64,000 nucleotides of DNA from Candidatus Marinacidobacterales bacterium (GTDB taxonomy: Bacteria > Acidobacteriota > Vicinamibacteria > Marinacidobacterales > SMYC01): NCBI GenBank assembly GCA_965247365.1, contig CBDFHB010000001.1, forward strand, positions 598,221 to 662,220. The letters are read 5' to 3'. Position numbers and translations under genes: made by a program. The notes beneath the pieces were generated by a model. That model ran no database searches, was not told where the DNA came from, and saw only the letters and a list, made by a program, of their open reading frames with translations. Position 1 is the first letter of the stretch, and every line of letters begins with the position of its first letter. This document shows, piece by piece, positions 29,688 through 40,306 of this stretch.

Positions 29688-30965
29688 CTAGGACGACTTC
29701 GCGGCGCTCCGTCCTCCCGCAAGTTCCGGATAGAGTGGAAACTCCGTAGTGAGCTCGCGGACCTCGTCGGCAATGCGACGGAGCTCCGACTCGTCCGCTC
29801 GACTCCTGAGCGCGCGGGCGATCCAGCGACCGACTATCTTCATCTCCGACTCTTTCATCCCGCGAGTCGTCAAAGCCGGGGTGCCAATGCGTATCCCACT
29901 AGCCACCATGGGCGGACGTGTGTCGAAGGGAATCACGTTCTTGTTGACCGTGATGCCGGCCGTCTCCAAGGCCTCCTCGGCGTCCTTGCCCGTGATCTCG
30001 CTGGCGCCAACATCGACGAGGACTTGATGGTTGTCGGTGCCTCCAGAGACGAGCCGAAATCCTTCGTCTATCAACACGTCAGCAAGGGTCTTCGCATTGG
30101 CGACAATCTGTCGCGCGTAGCCCGAAAATGCCGGAGACAGGGCCTCCAGGAAACAGATGGCCTTGGCTGCGATCACGTGAACGAGCGGCCCTCCCTGGAT
30201 CCCCGGGAAGGTGACTCGATTGATGTCCTTGGCGAAGGCTTTGTTCGACAGGACGAACCCGCCCCTCGGACCACGAAGGGTCTTGTGCGTCGTCGAGGTG
30301 ACGAAGTCCGAGTGCGGCACCGGGCTGGGATGAGCGCCCCCCGCCACCAATCCCGCGATGTGGGCCATGTCCGTCATGACCTTGGCCCCGACCTCGTCGG
30401 CTATCTCCCGAATGCGAGCGAAGTCTATGAATCTCGGATAGGCGCTGGCCCCGACGACAATCATTTTGGGGCGATTCTCCTGAGCGAGCTTTTGCATCGC
30501 GTCATAGTCGATTCGTTCGTCGTCCCGTGAAACTCCGTAGGGAACGACCTTGTAGAGGCGCCCTGAGAAATTGAGGGGGTGTCCGTGGGTTAGGTGGCCG
30601 CCGTGGGCCAGGTCCATCCCCAAAAAGACGTCACCCGGCTCCAGCAGTGTCAAATATACGACCATGTTGGCCTGGGTCCCGCTGTGGGGCTGGACGTTCG
30701 CGTGCTCCGCAGCAAACAGCTTCTTGGCTCGCTCGATGGCCAGCCTCTCGACGACGTCGACGAACTGGCATCCCCCGTAGTACCGGCGACCCGGATAGCC
30801 CTCCGCATACTTGTTGGTGAAGACCGAGCCCGTCGCCTGGAGCACCGAAAGACTCGTGAAATTCTCTGAAGCGATGAGCTCGAGACCATCTGCCTGGCGC
30901 TTCAGCTCGGCTTGGATGGCCGCCGCTACCTCGGGATCCCCGCGCTCGATCGATTCAACCTTCAA
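29688..30965 (-). CDS. glyA: Serine hydroxymethyltransferase
   Basis: [35 protein letters not shown]. Confidence 0.98.
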   Translation of the reverse strand: MKVESIERGDPEVAAAIQAELKRQADGLELIASENFTSLSVLQATGSVFTNKYAEGYPGRRYYGGCQFVDVVERLAIERAKKLFAAEHANVQPHSGTQANMVVYLTLLEPGDVFLGMDLAHGGHLTHGHPLNFSGRLYKVVPYGVSRDDERIDYDAMQKLAQENRPKMIVVGASAYPRFIDFARIREIADEVGAKVMTDMAHIAGLVAGGAHPSPVPHSDFVTSTTHKTLRGPRGGFVLSNKAFAKDINRVTFPGIQGGPLVHVIAAKAICFLEALSPAFSGYARQIVANAKTLADVLIDEGFRLVSGGTDNHQVLVDVGASEITGKDAEEALETAGITVNKNVIPFDTRPPMVASGIRIGTPALTTRGMKESEMKIVGRWIARALRSRADESELRRIADEVRELTTEFPLYPELAGGRSAAKSS

Positions 30966-31119
30966 AACGCCCCCATCTTACCCCGGCGCGTCGGCTTCAA
31001 GGGGGTCTTTCGAGACCGGCCTTGCGCTACCGCATCCGGCGAAAGTTTTGTAAACTATTATGGTTTCTAGTCTAAGTTCTCAAAACACCTGGTACTCGAG
31101 ATTCGACGGGAGCCTAAGT

Positions 31120-31962
31120 TTGGACGATCAGAGGGACAAGCTCCCCCAGTCAGGGCCCGCGCCGATTCCACCGGATGAAGCCGAGACGGAGTCACCCGGG
31201 AGGATCCCGGAAGAGGCCGACGAAGTCATCGAGATCGTCGATGACGAGGCGCCGCGACCCGTCGCGACGCCGAGGCCGATCCAGGCGGACTTTCCCGAAG
31301 AGGCGCTGCGCGAGCTCCGCAATCTCAGATCGCAGCTCGATCGCAAGGACAAGCAGATCGAGCAGGTCATGGAGGCCTACCGGGCCAAGAAATCCGAAAC
31401 GGAGAAACTCCGACACCGCATCGAAAAAACGCAGCGTCGACGATTCGAGCAATCCAAGGGCGACTTCATCGCTCGATTCGTCGAGGTCCTCGACAATTTG
31501 GATCGCGCCATCGACTCCATCGAGAACGCCTTCGACCCCGACTCCGTACTACAGGGGATCATGCTGGTCCGTTCGCGGCTCGTCCAGCTTCTGAAGGAGG
31601 AGGGCCTGGACAAGATCTTCGTGAGAGGCCAGACCTTCGACCCCATCCACAGTGAAGCGGCCGGGATGGAGCCGGTGGAGAACCAGTCCGAAGATGGGAT
31701 CGTGCTCAAGGAGCTCCAGCCGGGCTACATGCTCAAGGGCTCCTTGCTCAGAGCGGCGCGGGTCATCGTCGGCCGCTTCGGATCGGAGCCGACCGCGCAG
31801 GCCGATCCGAAGCGCGAGACCAGCGAAGAGACGACCGCCCCCAAAACCCCTGCGCTGCCCTCCGACCCGGCCGACGATTCCTTCGACGACTGGGAAGCAA
31901 GCGACGTGAGCGGCGCAGAGCTCGAGTTCGGCGAGGACGGCCTCGACTTTTCGGACGATTGA
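31120..31962 (+). CDS. grpE: GrpE-like nucleotide exchange factor with long acidic extensions (start uncertain, 31060 or 31120)
   Basis: VLDNLDRAI, GQTFDPIHSEA, LQPGYMLKGSLLRAARVIV. Confidence 0.75.
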   Translation: MDDQRDKLPQSGPAPIPPDEAETESPGRIPEEADEVIEIVDDEAPRPVATPRPIQADFPEEALRELRNLRSQLDRKDKQIEQVMEAYRAKKSETEKLRHRIEKTQRRRFEQSKGDFIARFVEVLDNLDRAIDSIENAFDPDSVLQGIMLVRSRLVQLLKEEGLDKIFVRGQTFDPIHSEAAGMEPVENQSEDGIVLKELQPGYMLKGSLLRAARVIVGRFGSEPTAQADPKRETSEETTAPKTPALPSDPADDSFDDWEASDVSGAELEFGEDGLDFSDD

Positions 31963-31968
31963 AGTCCG

Positions 31969-33831
31969 TTAGCGGCGAAGCTCGAGACTGAAAAACCGCA
32001 GCGCGGTGTCGGGATGGCGCCGATCGACTCGCTCGAATTCCGAGGGGCGAAGGATCAAGCGATTCGATCCCGCTCTCAGACCGCCCGCTTCCAGAACGAA
32101 CCGATGCTCCGCGTATTCGCCGCCGTCGAGCGAGAGCGGAGAAACGTCGGTGCCATTGATCGCGACGTGAACGTCGAGTGTAGTGCCAGGCTGGGCCGCG
32201 CCCAGCGTGAGAATCGCATCGAGGCTCGAAGGTGAGCCGTCCGGCGGCAGAACGAAGAAGATCTCCGAAACTACGCCTCGCGAAAGGCGAGAAGTCCCAT
32301 AGGCCCCCGGAGCTGGTGGATGCCAGCCCTCGCCGAAATAGGGCAGCTCTCCCGCGCCAAGCGTCGCACTCGCCCGCCCTTCCGGAAGCGTCACATCCAT
32401 CAGGCTTGCCCGCTCCGGTACTTGATAGGCGATGATCGTGTCCCCGAGCGCGTCCTCCGTCTCGAATCGCGCGACTTCACGGAGCGCCCGGGTCGAGAGC
32501 CCCGGAGGGTATCCGGAGTAGAGCACCCAATCGTAGTTCCCGACGAACTTCTTTTCTTCGACTCGAAGCCGATGCACTCGGTAGCTTTCGGAGGCGAGGC
32601 TCGGGGTGAATTGATCCTCGAGGACCCGGCTTCCCCGTGGGAGGTTTCGCTCCAACCATTCCGCGGCCCTCGCAGCAGGAGTGGGACGCCCTGCCCGCTG
32701 CCACAGAGCAACGGAGCCGATGAGCGGCCCGAGCATGAGCGCGAGCGCGACCGGCACCGCCGCAGCGAAAGGCGGCGCGAAACGGCTCGCACGGCCGGAG
32801 AGGGCCTCCGCGGCCGAGGCGGCTAGCAGAGCAAAGAAGGGAACGAGCACGAGAGCGTGCCGCGGATAGGCGCGATCGAAAAAGGAGAACACGAGAAGGT
32901 ACAGACCCGGGTAGGCGAGCACGATTAGTGTTACGCGATCGCCTGCGACCGTCGCGCGCGCTGCCCAAAGCAACGCAGCGATTCCAGCGACGAGACCGAG
33001 GCCTCGGGTGAGAACCACTAGGAGCAGCTCGAGCGGGGCGTTCATGTCGTCGGCGCTGTAGTAGCCCGCGTGCATCGACAGGCCCCGCAGGAAGTCCGAG
33101 AGCCGCAGCAGAGTGAAGGGGCTCGAAAGAGCGAAGGCGGCGGCGGCTACCATGAAGCCCACGGTGACCTTCGTTGTCCGGCGGGCGCCGACGGGAAACA
33201 CGACCAGCGCGAGAACGAAAGGCAGGAGCGTGAAGCCCCCCGTGTACTTGATCGCCCCCGACAATCCGACGAAAGCGCCGGCGAGGAGAACCCTCGGCCA
33301 AGTCGGATCTCGTCGAGCCCCGAGACTGAGGTAGACCGAAAGGGTCACGAAGAGCATCAACATCAAATCGGGATTGACGACGGCCGACTCACGCGAAGCG
33401 AGTGGTGAAAATGCCACGAGGGCGGATGCGGCTAGCGCGCCCCATGAGGAGAGCCACATCCTCCCGATGGCGAAGACGACGGCTGACGCGAGGACGCCCG
33501 CAATGAGGGTGAGACGCCGTGCCGCCAGGTAGAAGCCGTCACGGGGTAGTTCGGGAACGCTCCTGCCTTCGAGCGCCAGGTGCAATTTCGCGGGAACGAG
33601 TTGAAGGTAGAAGTGAAAACCCGGGTAGCCGGGATGTCGATGATCCCAGTCCCCCGTCTTGATCATCTCGAGGACGTTCTCGACGACCTCTGCCTCGTCG
33701 GGGCCGATGTAGTGCTCGACGTCGTGAGACGCGAGAGGCCAGCGGAGAGCGAGCGCCGCAGCGAGCGTGAGGCCGAGGAGGGACGGCGCCAGCCACGCGC
33801 TACTTCGTTTTGTCGCGGTTATCTTCTTCAG
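31969..33831 (-). CDS. GT-C fold membrane glycosyltransferase (ArnT/PMT-like), probable CTG start
   Basis: The frame is open 55 codons upstream of the tracked ATG and includes the first TM helix and GPDE motif; NPD, IKY motifs; many TMs. Confidence 0.78.
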   Translation of the reverse strand: MKKITATKRSSAWLAPSLLGLTLAAALALRWPLASHDVEHYIGPDEAEVVENVLEMIKTGDWDHRHPGYPGFHFYLQLVPAKLHLALEGRSVPELPRDGFYLAARRLTLIAGVLASAVVFAIGRMWLSSWGALAASALVAFSPLASRESAVVNPDLMLMLFVTLSVYLSLGARRDPTWPRVLLAGAFVGLSGAIKYTGGFTLLPFVLALVVFPVGARRTTKVTVGFMVAAAAFALSSPFTLLRLSDFLRGLSMHAGYYSADDMNAPLELLLVVLTRGLGLVAGIAALLWAARATVAGDRVTLIVLAYPGLYLLVFSFFDRAYPRHALVLVPFFALLAASAAEALSGRASRFAPPFAAAVPVALALMLGPLIGSVALWQRAGRPTPAARAAEWLERNLPRGSRVLEDQFTPSLASESYRVHRLRVEEKKFVGNYDWVLYSGYPPGLSTRALREVARFETEDALGDTIIAYQVPERASLMDVTLPEGRASATLGAGELPYFGEGWHPPAPGAYGTSRLSRGVVSEIFFVLPPDGSPSSLDAILTLGAAQPGTTLDVHVAINGTDVSPLSLDGGEYAEHRFVLEAGGLRAGSNRLILRPSEFERVDRRHPDTALRFFSLELRR

Positions 33832-34772
33832 ATCCTTTCACGCCAATCGTCGAGTAGATCCGACAGCGTTTCGCGAAGCGGCGTCTCCGGAACCCACCCG
33901 GTCTCTTCTTGCAGGCGGGAGTGATCGCCCACCAAGAGTGGCGCGTCGCGGGCGTGATAGCGGTCCGGGTCGACTTGAACCTCGACCCGGGCTCCCGAGA
34001 GCTCGATGAGAGTCTCGAGGATATCCCGAATCGACACCGCTTTTGCACTGCAGACGTTGTAGGGCCGGCCTGCCTGCCCCGACTCGAGAATGGCCTGATA
34101 GGCTCTGGCAACGTCACGCACGTCGGTGAAGTCTCGACGCGCCTCCAAGTTGCCGACCCTGATGATGGGCTCCCGGACGCACTTTTCCGCTTCCACGACT
34201 TGACGAGCAAAGCTCGAGCACACGTAGCCCTCCGCCTGCCCGGGCCCGGTGTGATTGAAGGACCGGGTAAGGTAGACGGAAAGTTTATTTGAGAGGAAGA
34301 AAAGCCTGCCGAGCAGCTCTTGCGAAGACTTGCTGACCGCGTAGGGCGTGAGCGGCTCCTGGGCCCGGTCTTCTCGAATGGGTTGCTCGGAGGAGTCCAC
34401 ACGTCCGTACTGTTGGCTCGAGCCGACGAGCAGGACACGGGGCGAGCCGCCCGAGTCGAGCGCCGCGGCGAGGAGGTTCTGCGTCCCGATGATATTGGTC
34501 ATCAGGGTCTCGGTCGCATTCGTCAGCGATCCTTCAGGATTCGAAAAAGCGGCCAAGTGCACGATCGCCTCGGGCGCCACGTCTCGAATGACCTGATAGA
34601 CGGCGCCATCGTCGAGGATATCGACCGGAGTCACCGACACCCCTAGCGCGAGCGATTTGGCGGCTGGCTCCTCGGGATGGACCAGTCCCGCGACTTGGTG
34701 ACCTCCGGAGATTAGCTGCCGCGTCAGGTGGTGTCCGACGAAGCCGGCAGCGCCGGTTACGAGGAAACGCAC
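33828..34772 (-). CDS. GDP-mannose dehydratase/Rmd-like NAD-dependent epimerase/reductase
   Basis: TGAAGFVG, PYAVSK, FNHTGPGQ, GNLEARRDFTDVRD. Confidence 0.85.
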   Translation of the reverse strand: MRFLVTGAAGFVGHHLTRQLISGGHQVAGLVHPEEPAAKSLALGVSVTPVDILDDGAVYQVIRDVAPEAIVHLAAFSNPEGSLTNATETLMTNIIGTQNLLAAALDSGGSPRVLLVGSSQQYGRVDSSEQPIREDRAQEPLTPYAVSKSSQELLGRLFFLSNKLSVYLTRSFNHTGPGQAEGYVCSSFARQVVEAEKCVREPIIRVGNLEARRDFTDVRDVARAYQAILESGQAGRPYNVCSAKAVSIRDILETLIELSGARVEVQVDPDRYHARDAPLLVGDHSRLQEETGWVPETPLRETLSDLLDDWRERI

Positions 34773-34773
34773 G

Positions 34774-35736
34774 TCAGGAGAGCTCCGCTCTCCAATAGTC
34801 CAGCATGTCCTTCAGTGTCTGATCGTAGGCGATCTCCGGCTTCCAGCCGGTCGCCTCCCTGAACTTGCTCGCATCCCCCAAGAGCAGGGGAACGTCGGAG
34901 GGACGCAGCCGAGCGGGGTCTTGTTTAACCTCCACGTTCTGACCCGACATCTCGATCAGGCGGTCCAGAACCGACTGGATCGAATAGTCCGTTCCGGAGC
35001 AAATGTTGTAGACCTCGCCCGCATCGCAACCGCCGTCTAGAGCCAGCCAGTATCCTCGAACAATGTCACGCACATCAGTGAAGTCCCGCCGCGCTTCCAG
35101 ATTTCCCACATACATCACGGGAGGTTTGATCCCCTTCTCGATCGAGACGAGTTGCTTGGCAAAGTTCGACGAGACGAAAACGTCACCTCGCCTCGGACCG
35201 TCGTGATTGAAACCCCGCGTGCGTACGACTTTGGTGCCGAAGCTCTGGAAGTATTGATAGCCTAGATAGTCCTGACCCACTTTGCTCACGGCATAGGGAG
35301 AAAGAGGCCTGAGCGGATTCGTTTCACGAATCGGAAGCTCGTCCGCGTATACCAACCCGTACTCCTCGCTGGAACAAGCTATCTGGATCCACGGATCCAG
35401 TTTCGCGGCCTTGACAGCTTCGAAGATGTGCAATTGGCCGAGGATGTTGGTCGTCAAAGACTCGGCTGGAGCATTCCAGGACGATGGCACGAAACTCTGC
35501 GCCGCGAGATGAAAAACCCGCTCGGGGCGCACGCGCTCGATGAGCTGCTTGACCGAGCTTTGGTCCCGAAGGTCGCATTCCAAAAGCTGAATGCTCGACT
35601 CGACGTCTCTGATGTTCTCGGTCCGGCTCCGCCACCTCATGGTGCCGTAGACTTCGACCTTGGGATGGTGGGCCAAAATGTATTCCGCGAGGTGACTCCC
35701 GGCAAAACCGGTGACACCCGTTATCAAGACTCGCAA
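34774..35736 (-). CDS. GDP-mannose 4,6-dehydratase-like protein
   Basis: TGVTGFAGSHL, HLAAQSFV, SPYAVSK, FNHDGPRRG, GNLEARRDF. Confidence 0.87.
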   Translation of the reverse strand: MRVLITGVTGFAGSHLAEYILAHHPKVEVYGTMRWRSRTENIRDVESSIQLLECDLRDQSSVKQLIERVRPERVFHLAAQSFVPSSWNAPAESLTTNILGQLHIFEAVKAAKLDPWIQIACSSEEYGLVYADELPIRETNPLRPLSPYAVSKVGQDYLGYQYFQSFGTKVVRTRGFNHDGPRRGDVFVSSNFAKQLVSIEKGIKPPVMYVGNLEARRDFTDVRDIVRGYWLALDGGCDAGEVYNICSGTDYSIQSVLDRLIEMSGQNVEVKQDPARLRPSDVPLLLGDASKFREATGWKPEIAYDQTLKDMLDYWRAELS

Positions 35737-35750
35737 GAAGTTCCCCCTTT

Positions 35751-36590
35751 TCAGCTACCGCTCAAGTAGCAGCGAAGCGCTTCACGCCAGGACGCGACCC
35801 TGGTTCCAGTCACCCGCTCGAAGCGACCCACGGACATGACCGAGTAACTGGGTCGCTTTGCTGGACGCAGGAGATCGGAGGAGCGGATGGCTCGCAGTCT
35901 CGGCGTCTCGATTGCGAGCTCCTCGGCCAGGGCAAGTCCGACCTCGTACCAGCTCGCGTCCCCAGGATTGACCAAGTGAAACACCCCCCGGCGCCCCTGC
36001 TCGACGAGCGTCAACATGCCTCGGGCCACCTCCCCCGCATAGGTCAGCGATCCCCTTTGATCCGTGATCAAGGCAAGCTCCTCCTCTCGAACGAGCCGGT
36101 CTCTCGCCCAATCCACGAATCCCTTGCCGGGGCCGTAGAGCCACGTGGTGCGGACGATGATGTGACCGTCCGGATACACCCGAGCGAGACGCCGTTCGCC
36201 TTCGAGCTTCGAGCGTCCGTAACTCGAAATGGGTTGGGTATTATCTTCCTCACGATAAGGAACCTCGGCCTCGCCATCGAAAACATAGTCCGAGCTCACG
36301 TAGACGACGACGGCCCCACACTCCTTTGCCGCGGCCGCGACCCATTCGACGCTATCCGCGTTGAGCGCCATCGCTCTATCCGGCTCGGCTTCGGCGCGAT
36401 CGACCGCGGTATAAGCGGCGCAGTGTAGCACGGCGTCGGGCTTCAGACGGGACACCGTCGCCCCTACCGCCTCGCGGTCGGTGACGTCGAACTCCTCGCG
36501 GCCGAGTCCGATCATCTCGTGACGGTCTCGCCCCGCCTCTACGACGAGCTTGCCCAAAAGCCCGGCGGCGCCCGTGATCAGAATCTTCAT
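35751..36590 (-). CDS. rfbD: dTDP-4-dehydrorhamnose reductase
   Basis: CAAYTAVDRAE, SSDYVFDG, YGRSKLEGE, RPAKRPSYS. Confidence 0.93.
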   Translation of the reverse strand: MKILITGAAGLLGKLVVEAGRDRHEMIGLGREEFDVTDREAVGATVSRLKPDAVLHCAAYTAVDRAEAEPDRAMALNADSVEWVAAAAKECGAVVVYVSSDYVFDGEAEVPYREEDNTQPISSYGRSKLEGERRLARVYPDGHIIVRTTWLYGPGKGFVDWARDRLVREEELALITDQRGSLTYAGEVARGMLTLVEQGRRGVFHLVNPGDASWYEVGLALAEELAIETPRLRAIRSSDLLRPAKRPSYSVMSVGRFERVTGTRVASWREALRCYLSGS

Positions 36591-36602
36591 TCGCGCCCGG
36601 CG

Positions 36603-38744
36603 TCAGTAGACGCTTCCCCCGCCACCGAGAGACGTGCCAAAGCTCCCGATGTTCGCGAGGGTGATGCCGAAACGAAACGTGTTTTCCTGGCGGAACGTAC
36701 CGAAGTTGAAGCGGTTGTAGTCGAAAAGGAAGCCGCAACACTGAACGTTATAGACGACGCCGGCGCGAAGATGTTGCAATTCTCTGCCAGTCCAATTGTA
36801 GCTGGCCGCGACGCTCGCCTGCAGTCCCGAGGTCACGTTCACCACAGATCCGATTCGGAAGTTACTGCGCTTGACGTCCCGATCGGGAATGTTGCGTCGT
36901 GTCCAAATGCCTCGGACCGAGCCCCAGGTGCCGGCGAAGGTGCCCGCCGTGCTCGCGGAGCGGATCGCCTGGAAGTTGATGTCGTAGTCCAGATTCCACG
37001 AGGCGCTGAGACTTCGCGAAGGGCGAAATCTGACCCGCGAGGTGACCGGGGAATAGCTACTGGGCATTCCGTCCTCGGAGTAGTAGGGCGTCGAGAACTG
37101 AGGATCGTAGAGCGACGCGTTGGCATCGAAGAAATAGCGTTGCGACACGACCCAGGTGAGCATCTCGGTTGGGGTCTGTTGTTCTTTACCGCTCACGAGC
37201 CGCTTGGCAAGCAGGCGGTTGACGATGGAGAAGGAGACTTGATTCGTCCCCGGGATGTAGTCCTTGCCATCGAACTTCGGGATCTCTTCGAATCCGTCGA
37301 CGCGCGTCCTATAGCTCCAGACGACTTGAGGTTCGATGACGTGCTTGTATCTCGAGGCGTAACCGCCTGGCTTGTTGATGATCTTCGCGAAAGTCGGACC
37401 TCGCATGTCGAACCTCGTTTCGAAGTATCGTCGATCGATATCTTCGTCGATCACAGCGCCACCCCTCGGAACGCGAGAGCTCGTATAGTAGGTGTAGCGG
37501 CCGGTCGCGCTCGTGCGGAACGTTAGCCAGCTCAGTCCCGTGAACGGATAGGAGACGGTGGGAAGTACGTCGAAACGCTCGTAGTCGAAGACCTGGTTGC
37601 CTCCCGATCGCGACATCGACGTCGCCTCCGTGTCGAAAGAAAAGAGGATAGGCGAGCTTCCGATCGCCGTCGGACGTGAGTTGAAGGTGACACGGGGAAG
37701 AATCTCCCGAACGGCGACACGGTCCCCGAACGACGTGTCGTTGCGGTCGAAGAGAATCCTGAGGTTGTATTGACTCCAGGATTTGGAGATCGTCCCTGAC
37801 GCACGCTTGGAGCGTTGTGTGGCCCGGTTGTAGTTCTCCTGGAACCTTTGCTGAAAATCGAAGCTGCTGAAGAAGTCGACCCGCGCCACCGCTCGAAACC
37901 CACCCGGAAGCTCCTGATTCGCTCTGGCGTTGATGGTGTAGTCGCGTGACTGGTTGGTCTTGTCGTTTAGGAAGAACGTATTGACTTGACCTCGTGAGGC
38001 GCCGCTCGCGATATAGCGGTACTCGGCCGATCCGCCGTTGCCGATCTGGGAGAAGCGCTCGTAAGTGAGGGTGGCATCCATGGAGCGGTTGATGGCCCAG
38101 AAGAACCCTTGATTGTAGATGAAACCCTTGATCGAGGAGTTGCCGATTTGAGGAAGCAGAAGTCCCGTCGAGCGCCCTTGCTCATCGATGGGGTAGTAGA
38201 GAAAGGGAGTATAGAAAACGGGCAGCCACTTGACCCTCAGAAAAGTATTGTGGAGCCTGACGTGGCGGTCGCGCTTGACCCTGGCCTTGCTAGCGGTAAA
38301 GCGCCAACGAGGGGTGGGCTGGGCGCAGGACGTGAACGCCCCGCGCTCGATAACATAGGTGTCTTCGGACACCTTCTCGATGATGTCTCCGTAAAAGTAG
38401 AGGTCGCTCCCGGCAACCCCATGGGCGTTGTGGAACCGACCCGTCTTCGTCCTCAGGTCCGCATCCAGGCGGGTGGCGATGATCTTCTCGTCGCCTTGCT
38501 CGTAGACGACGTTGCCCTCGGCGACGACGCGCATTTCGTCGCTCCAGAACTCCGCCCGATCCGCTGTCAGGTGCACGTCACCGGAGCGCAGATCGACGTA
38601 GCCCTCCGCCAGGACGTGCCCGTCTTCCATCTGCTCCTGCGACTCGGCAAGGAGGGTCACCTCGTCGTCTTGGGAAAAGACGAGAGAGGGACCCACGAGG
38701 AAAATAGCGAGCGCGAGTGATGCGCCTGACCCCTTGACCCTCAA
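36603..38744 (-). CDS. lptD: LPS assembly outer-membrane protein LptD
   Basis: Signal peptide, N-terminal jellyroll (FTSC..P.P.W), RSTGLLLP, beta-barrel, C-terminal QCCG...LANIGSFG. Confidence 0.85.
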   Translation of the reverse strand: MRVKGSGASLALAIFLVGPSLVFSQDDEVTLLAESQEQMEDGHVLAEGYVDLRSGDVHLTADRAEFWSDEMRVVAEGNVVYEQGDEKIIATRLDADLRTKTGRFHNAHGVAGSDLYFYGDIIEKVSEDTYVIERGAFTSCAQPTPRWRFTASKARVKRDRHVRLHNTFLRVKWLPVFYTPFLYYPIDEQGRSTGLLLPQIGNSSIKGFIYNQGFFWAINRSMDATLTYERFSQIGNGGSAEYRYIASGASRGQVNTFFLNDKTNQSRDYTINARANQELPGGFRAVARVDFFSSFDFQQRFQENYNRATQRSKRASGTISKSWSQYNLRILFDRNDTSFGDRVAVREILPRVTFNSRPTAIGSSPILFSFDTEATSMSRSGGNQVFDYERFDVLPTVSYPFTGLSWLTFRTSATGRYTYYTSSRVPRGGAVIDEDIDRRYFETRFDMRGPTFAKIINKPGGYASRYKHVIEPQVVWSYRTRVDGFEEIPKFDGKDYIPGTNQVSFSIVNRLLAKRLVSGKEQQTPTEMLTWVVSQRYFFDANASLYDPQFSTPYYSEDGMPSSYSPVTSRVRFRPSRSLSASWNLDYDINFQAIRSASTAGTFAGTWGSVRGIWTRRNIPDRDVKRSNFRIGSVVNVTSGLQASVAASYNWTGRELQHLRAGVVYNVQCCGFLFDYNRFNFGTFRQENTFRFGITLANIGSFGTSLGGGGSVY

Positions 38745-38875
38745 ATGACTGTCGCTCGCACGAGATGTTTCGCATTATGCACACGTCGTAACACCGATTC
38801 CAAGCTCCCCATCCTGGGAACATTGGAGCTCGTGGCCTGGACTTTATCCATCAAATTAGTCATAAATAGAAGATC

Positions 38876-40285
38876 ATGCTGGTGCATCCGAGAGTCCTCC
38901 TCATGTCGTGCTACGAGCTCGGGAGTCAGCCGAACGCTCTCGCGTGGCCTCTGGCATTCTTGAAGCGGGCGGGCTACCCGGCGACGGCTATCGACCTCGC
39001 GGTCGATCCTCTCAACGAGCGCGCCGTAGCGAGAGCGGATTTCATCGGCGTCTCGGTCCCGATGCAGACCGCGCTCGCGATCGCGCTTTCCCTCGTGGAT
39101 CGCCTACGCGCCCTCAACCCGACGTGCCACCTCTGCTTCTATGGGCTCTACGCGGTCCTCAACGCCGAGCACTTGAAGCGTTCTGGTATCGACTCCGTTC
39201 TCGCGGGAGAGCTGGAGGAAGAGTTGGTCGAGCGGGTGCGAGCGTCCGGCCTGCGCTCGACGACGGACACCGTGAGGGTGCGCCTCGATTTCCCGGTGCC
39301 CGAGCGCGACACTCTTCCGGACTTATCCCGCTACGCCCATCTGCAGCTCGAGGGCGACCAGCGGATTCCCGTCGGCACCGTGGAGACGACCCGTGGATGC
39401 CTTCACTTCTGCCGGCACTGTCCGATACCGCCCGTGTACGAGGGACGCTTGTTCGTGGTCCCGAAGGACGTCGTGCTCGCGGACGTGGAACAGCTGTTCG
39501 AGCGGGGTGCGAGACATCTCCACTTCGCCGATGCCGATTTCCTCAACGGACCGCGACACGGCCTCGATATCCTCCGAGAGGTTCACGAGAGACATCCCGA
39601 GTTGACCTACGATTTCACGGCAAAGGTGGAGCACCTGCTGAAACACCGGCGCCACTTGAAGGAGCTCGGGGAGCTCAGCTGCCTCTTCATCGTTTCAGCC
39701 GTCGAGTCACTCAGTGACCGAGTTCTCGAGGAGCTCGACAAGGGACACTCGCGTCAAGACGTTTTCGACGCCCTCGCGCTCGTTCGCGAGGCGGGAATCG
39801 CGCTTCGGCCGACCTTCGTGCCGTTCACGCCCTGGTCGCAACACGAGGACTATCTCGATCTTCTCCGATGGATCGCACGGGAGGACCTCGTCGAGCACGT
39901 GGACGCCGTGCAGCTGACGCTGCGGCTCTTGATCCCGCCTGGCTCGTTGCTTCTTTCGAATCCTTCTCTGCGGCCGCGTCTCAGAGGTTTGGACCCACGG
40001 GCCCTCACGCATCGATGGGTTCATTCCGACGAGCGCATGGACCGGCTGCAGCAGCGGGCCGCGAGCGCGATTGAGGCAGGTGTGAGCGCCGGGCGCTCGC
40101 AGCGGGAGCTTTTTCTCGAGCTCGCCGAGCTCGCCTTTCAGCCCGGAGCGGTCGACTCGCAGGTGGCGAGACCGCTCTCCAGAACGCGCGTCAGTCGGCC
40201 GCCGCCCCGTCTCACGGAGCCGTGGTTCTGCTGAGCGGAACCCAAAAAGGACCAGTTGGGTCCCTACCGAACCGATTCGCTATAA
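38876..40285 (+). CDS. CUAEP-tail radical SAM selenoprotein (UGA 40232-40234 read as Sec)
   Basis: B12-binding-like N-terminus (SCYELGSQP, SVPMQTA), TRGCLHFCRHC; after LTEPWFC-TGA the frame continues AEPKKDQLGPYRTDSL-TAA, giving C-U-A-E-P. Confidence 0.85.
40249..40263 (+). promoter_or_regulatory. SECIS-like hairpin
   Basis: GGACC-AGTTG-GGTCC stem-loop starting 14 nt after the in-frame UGA. Confidence 0.6.
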
Positions 40286-40306
40286 TGATACAGACAGGAG
40301 CATCAC

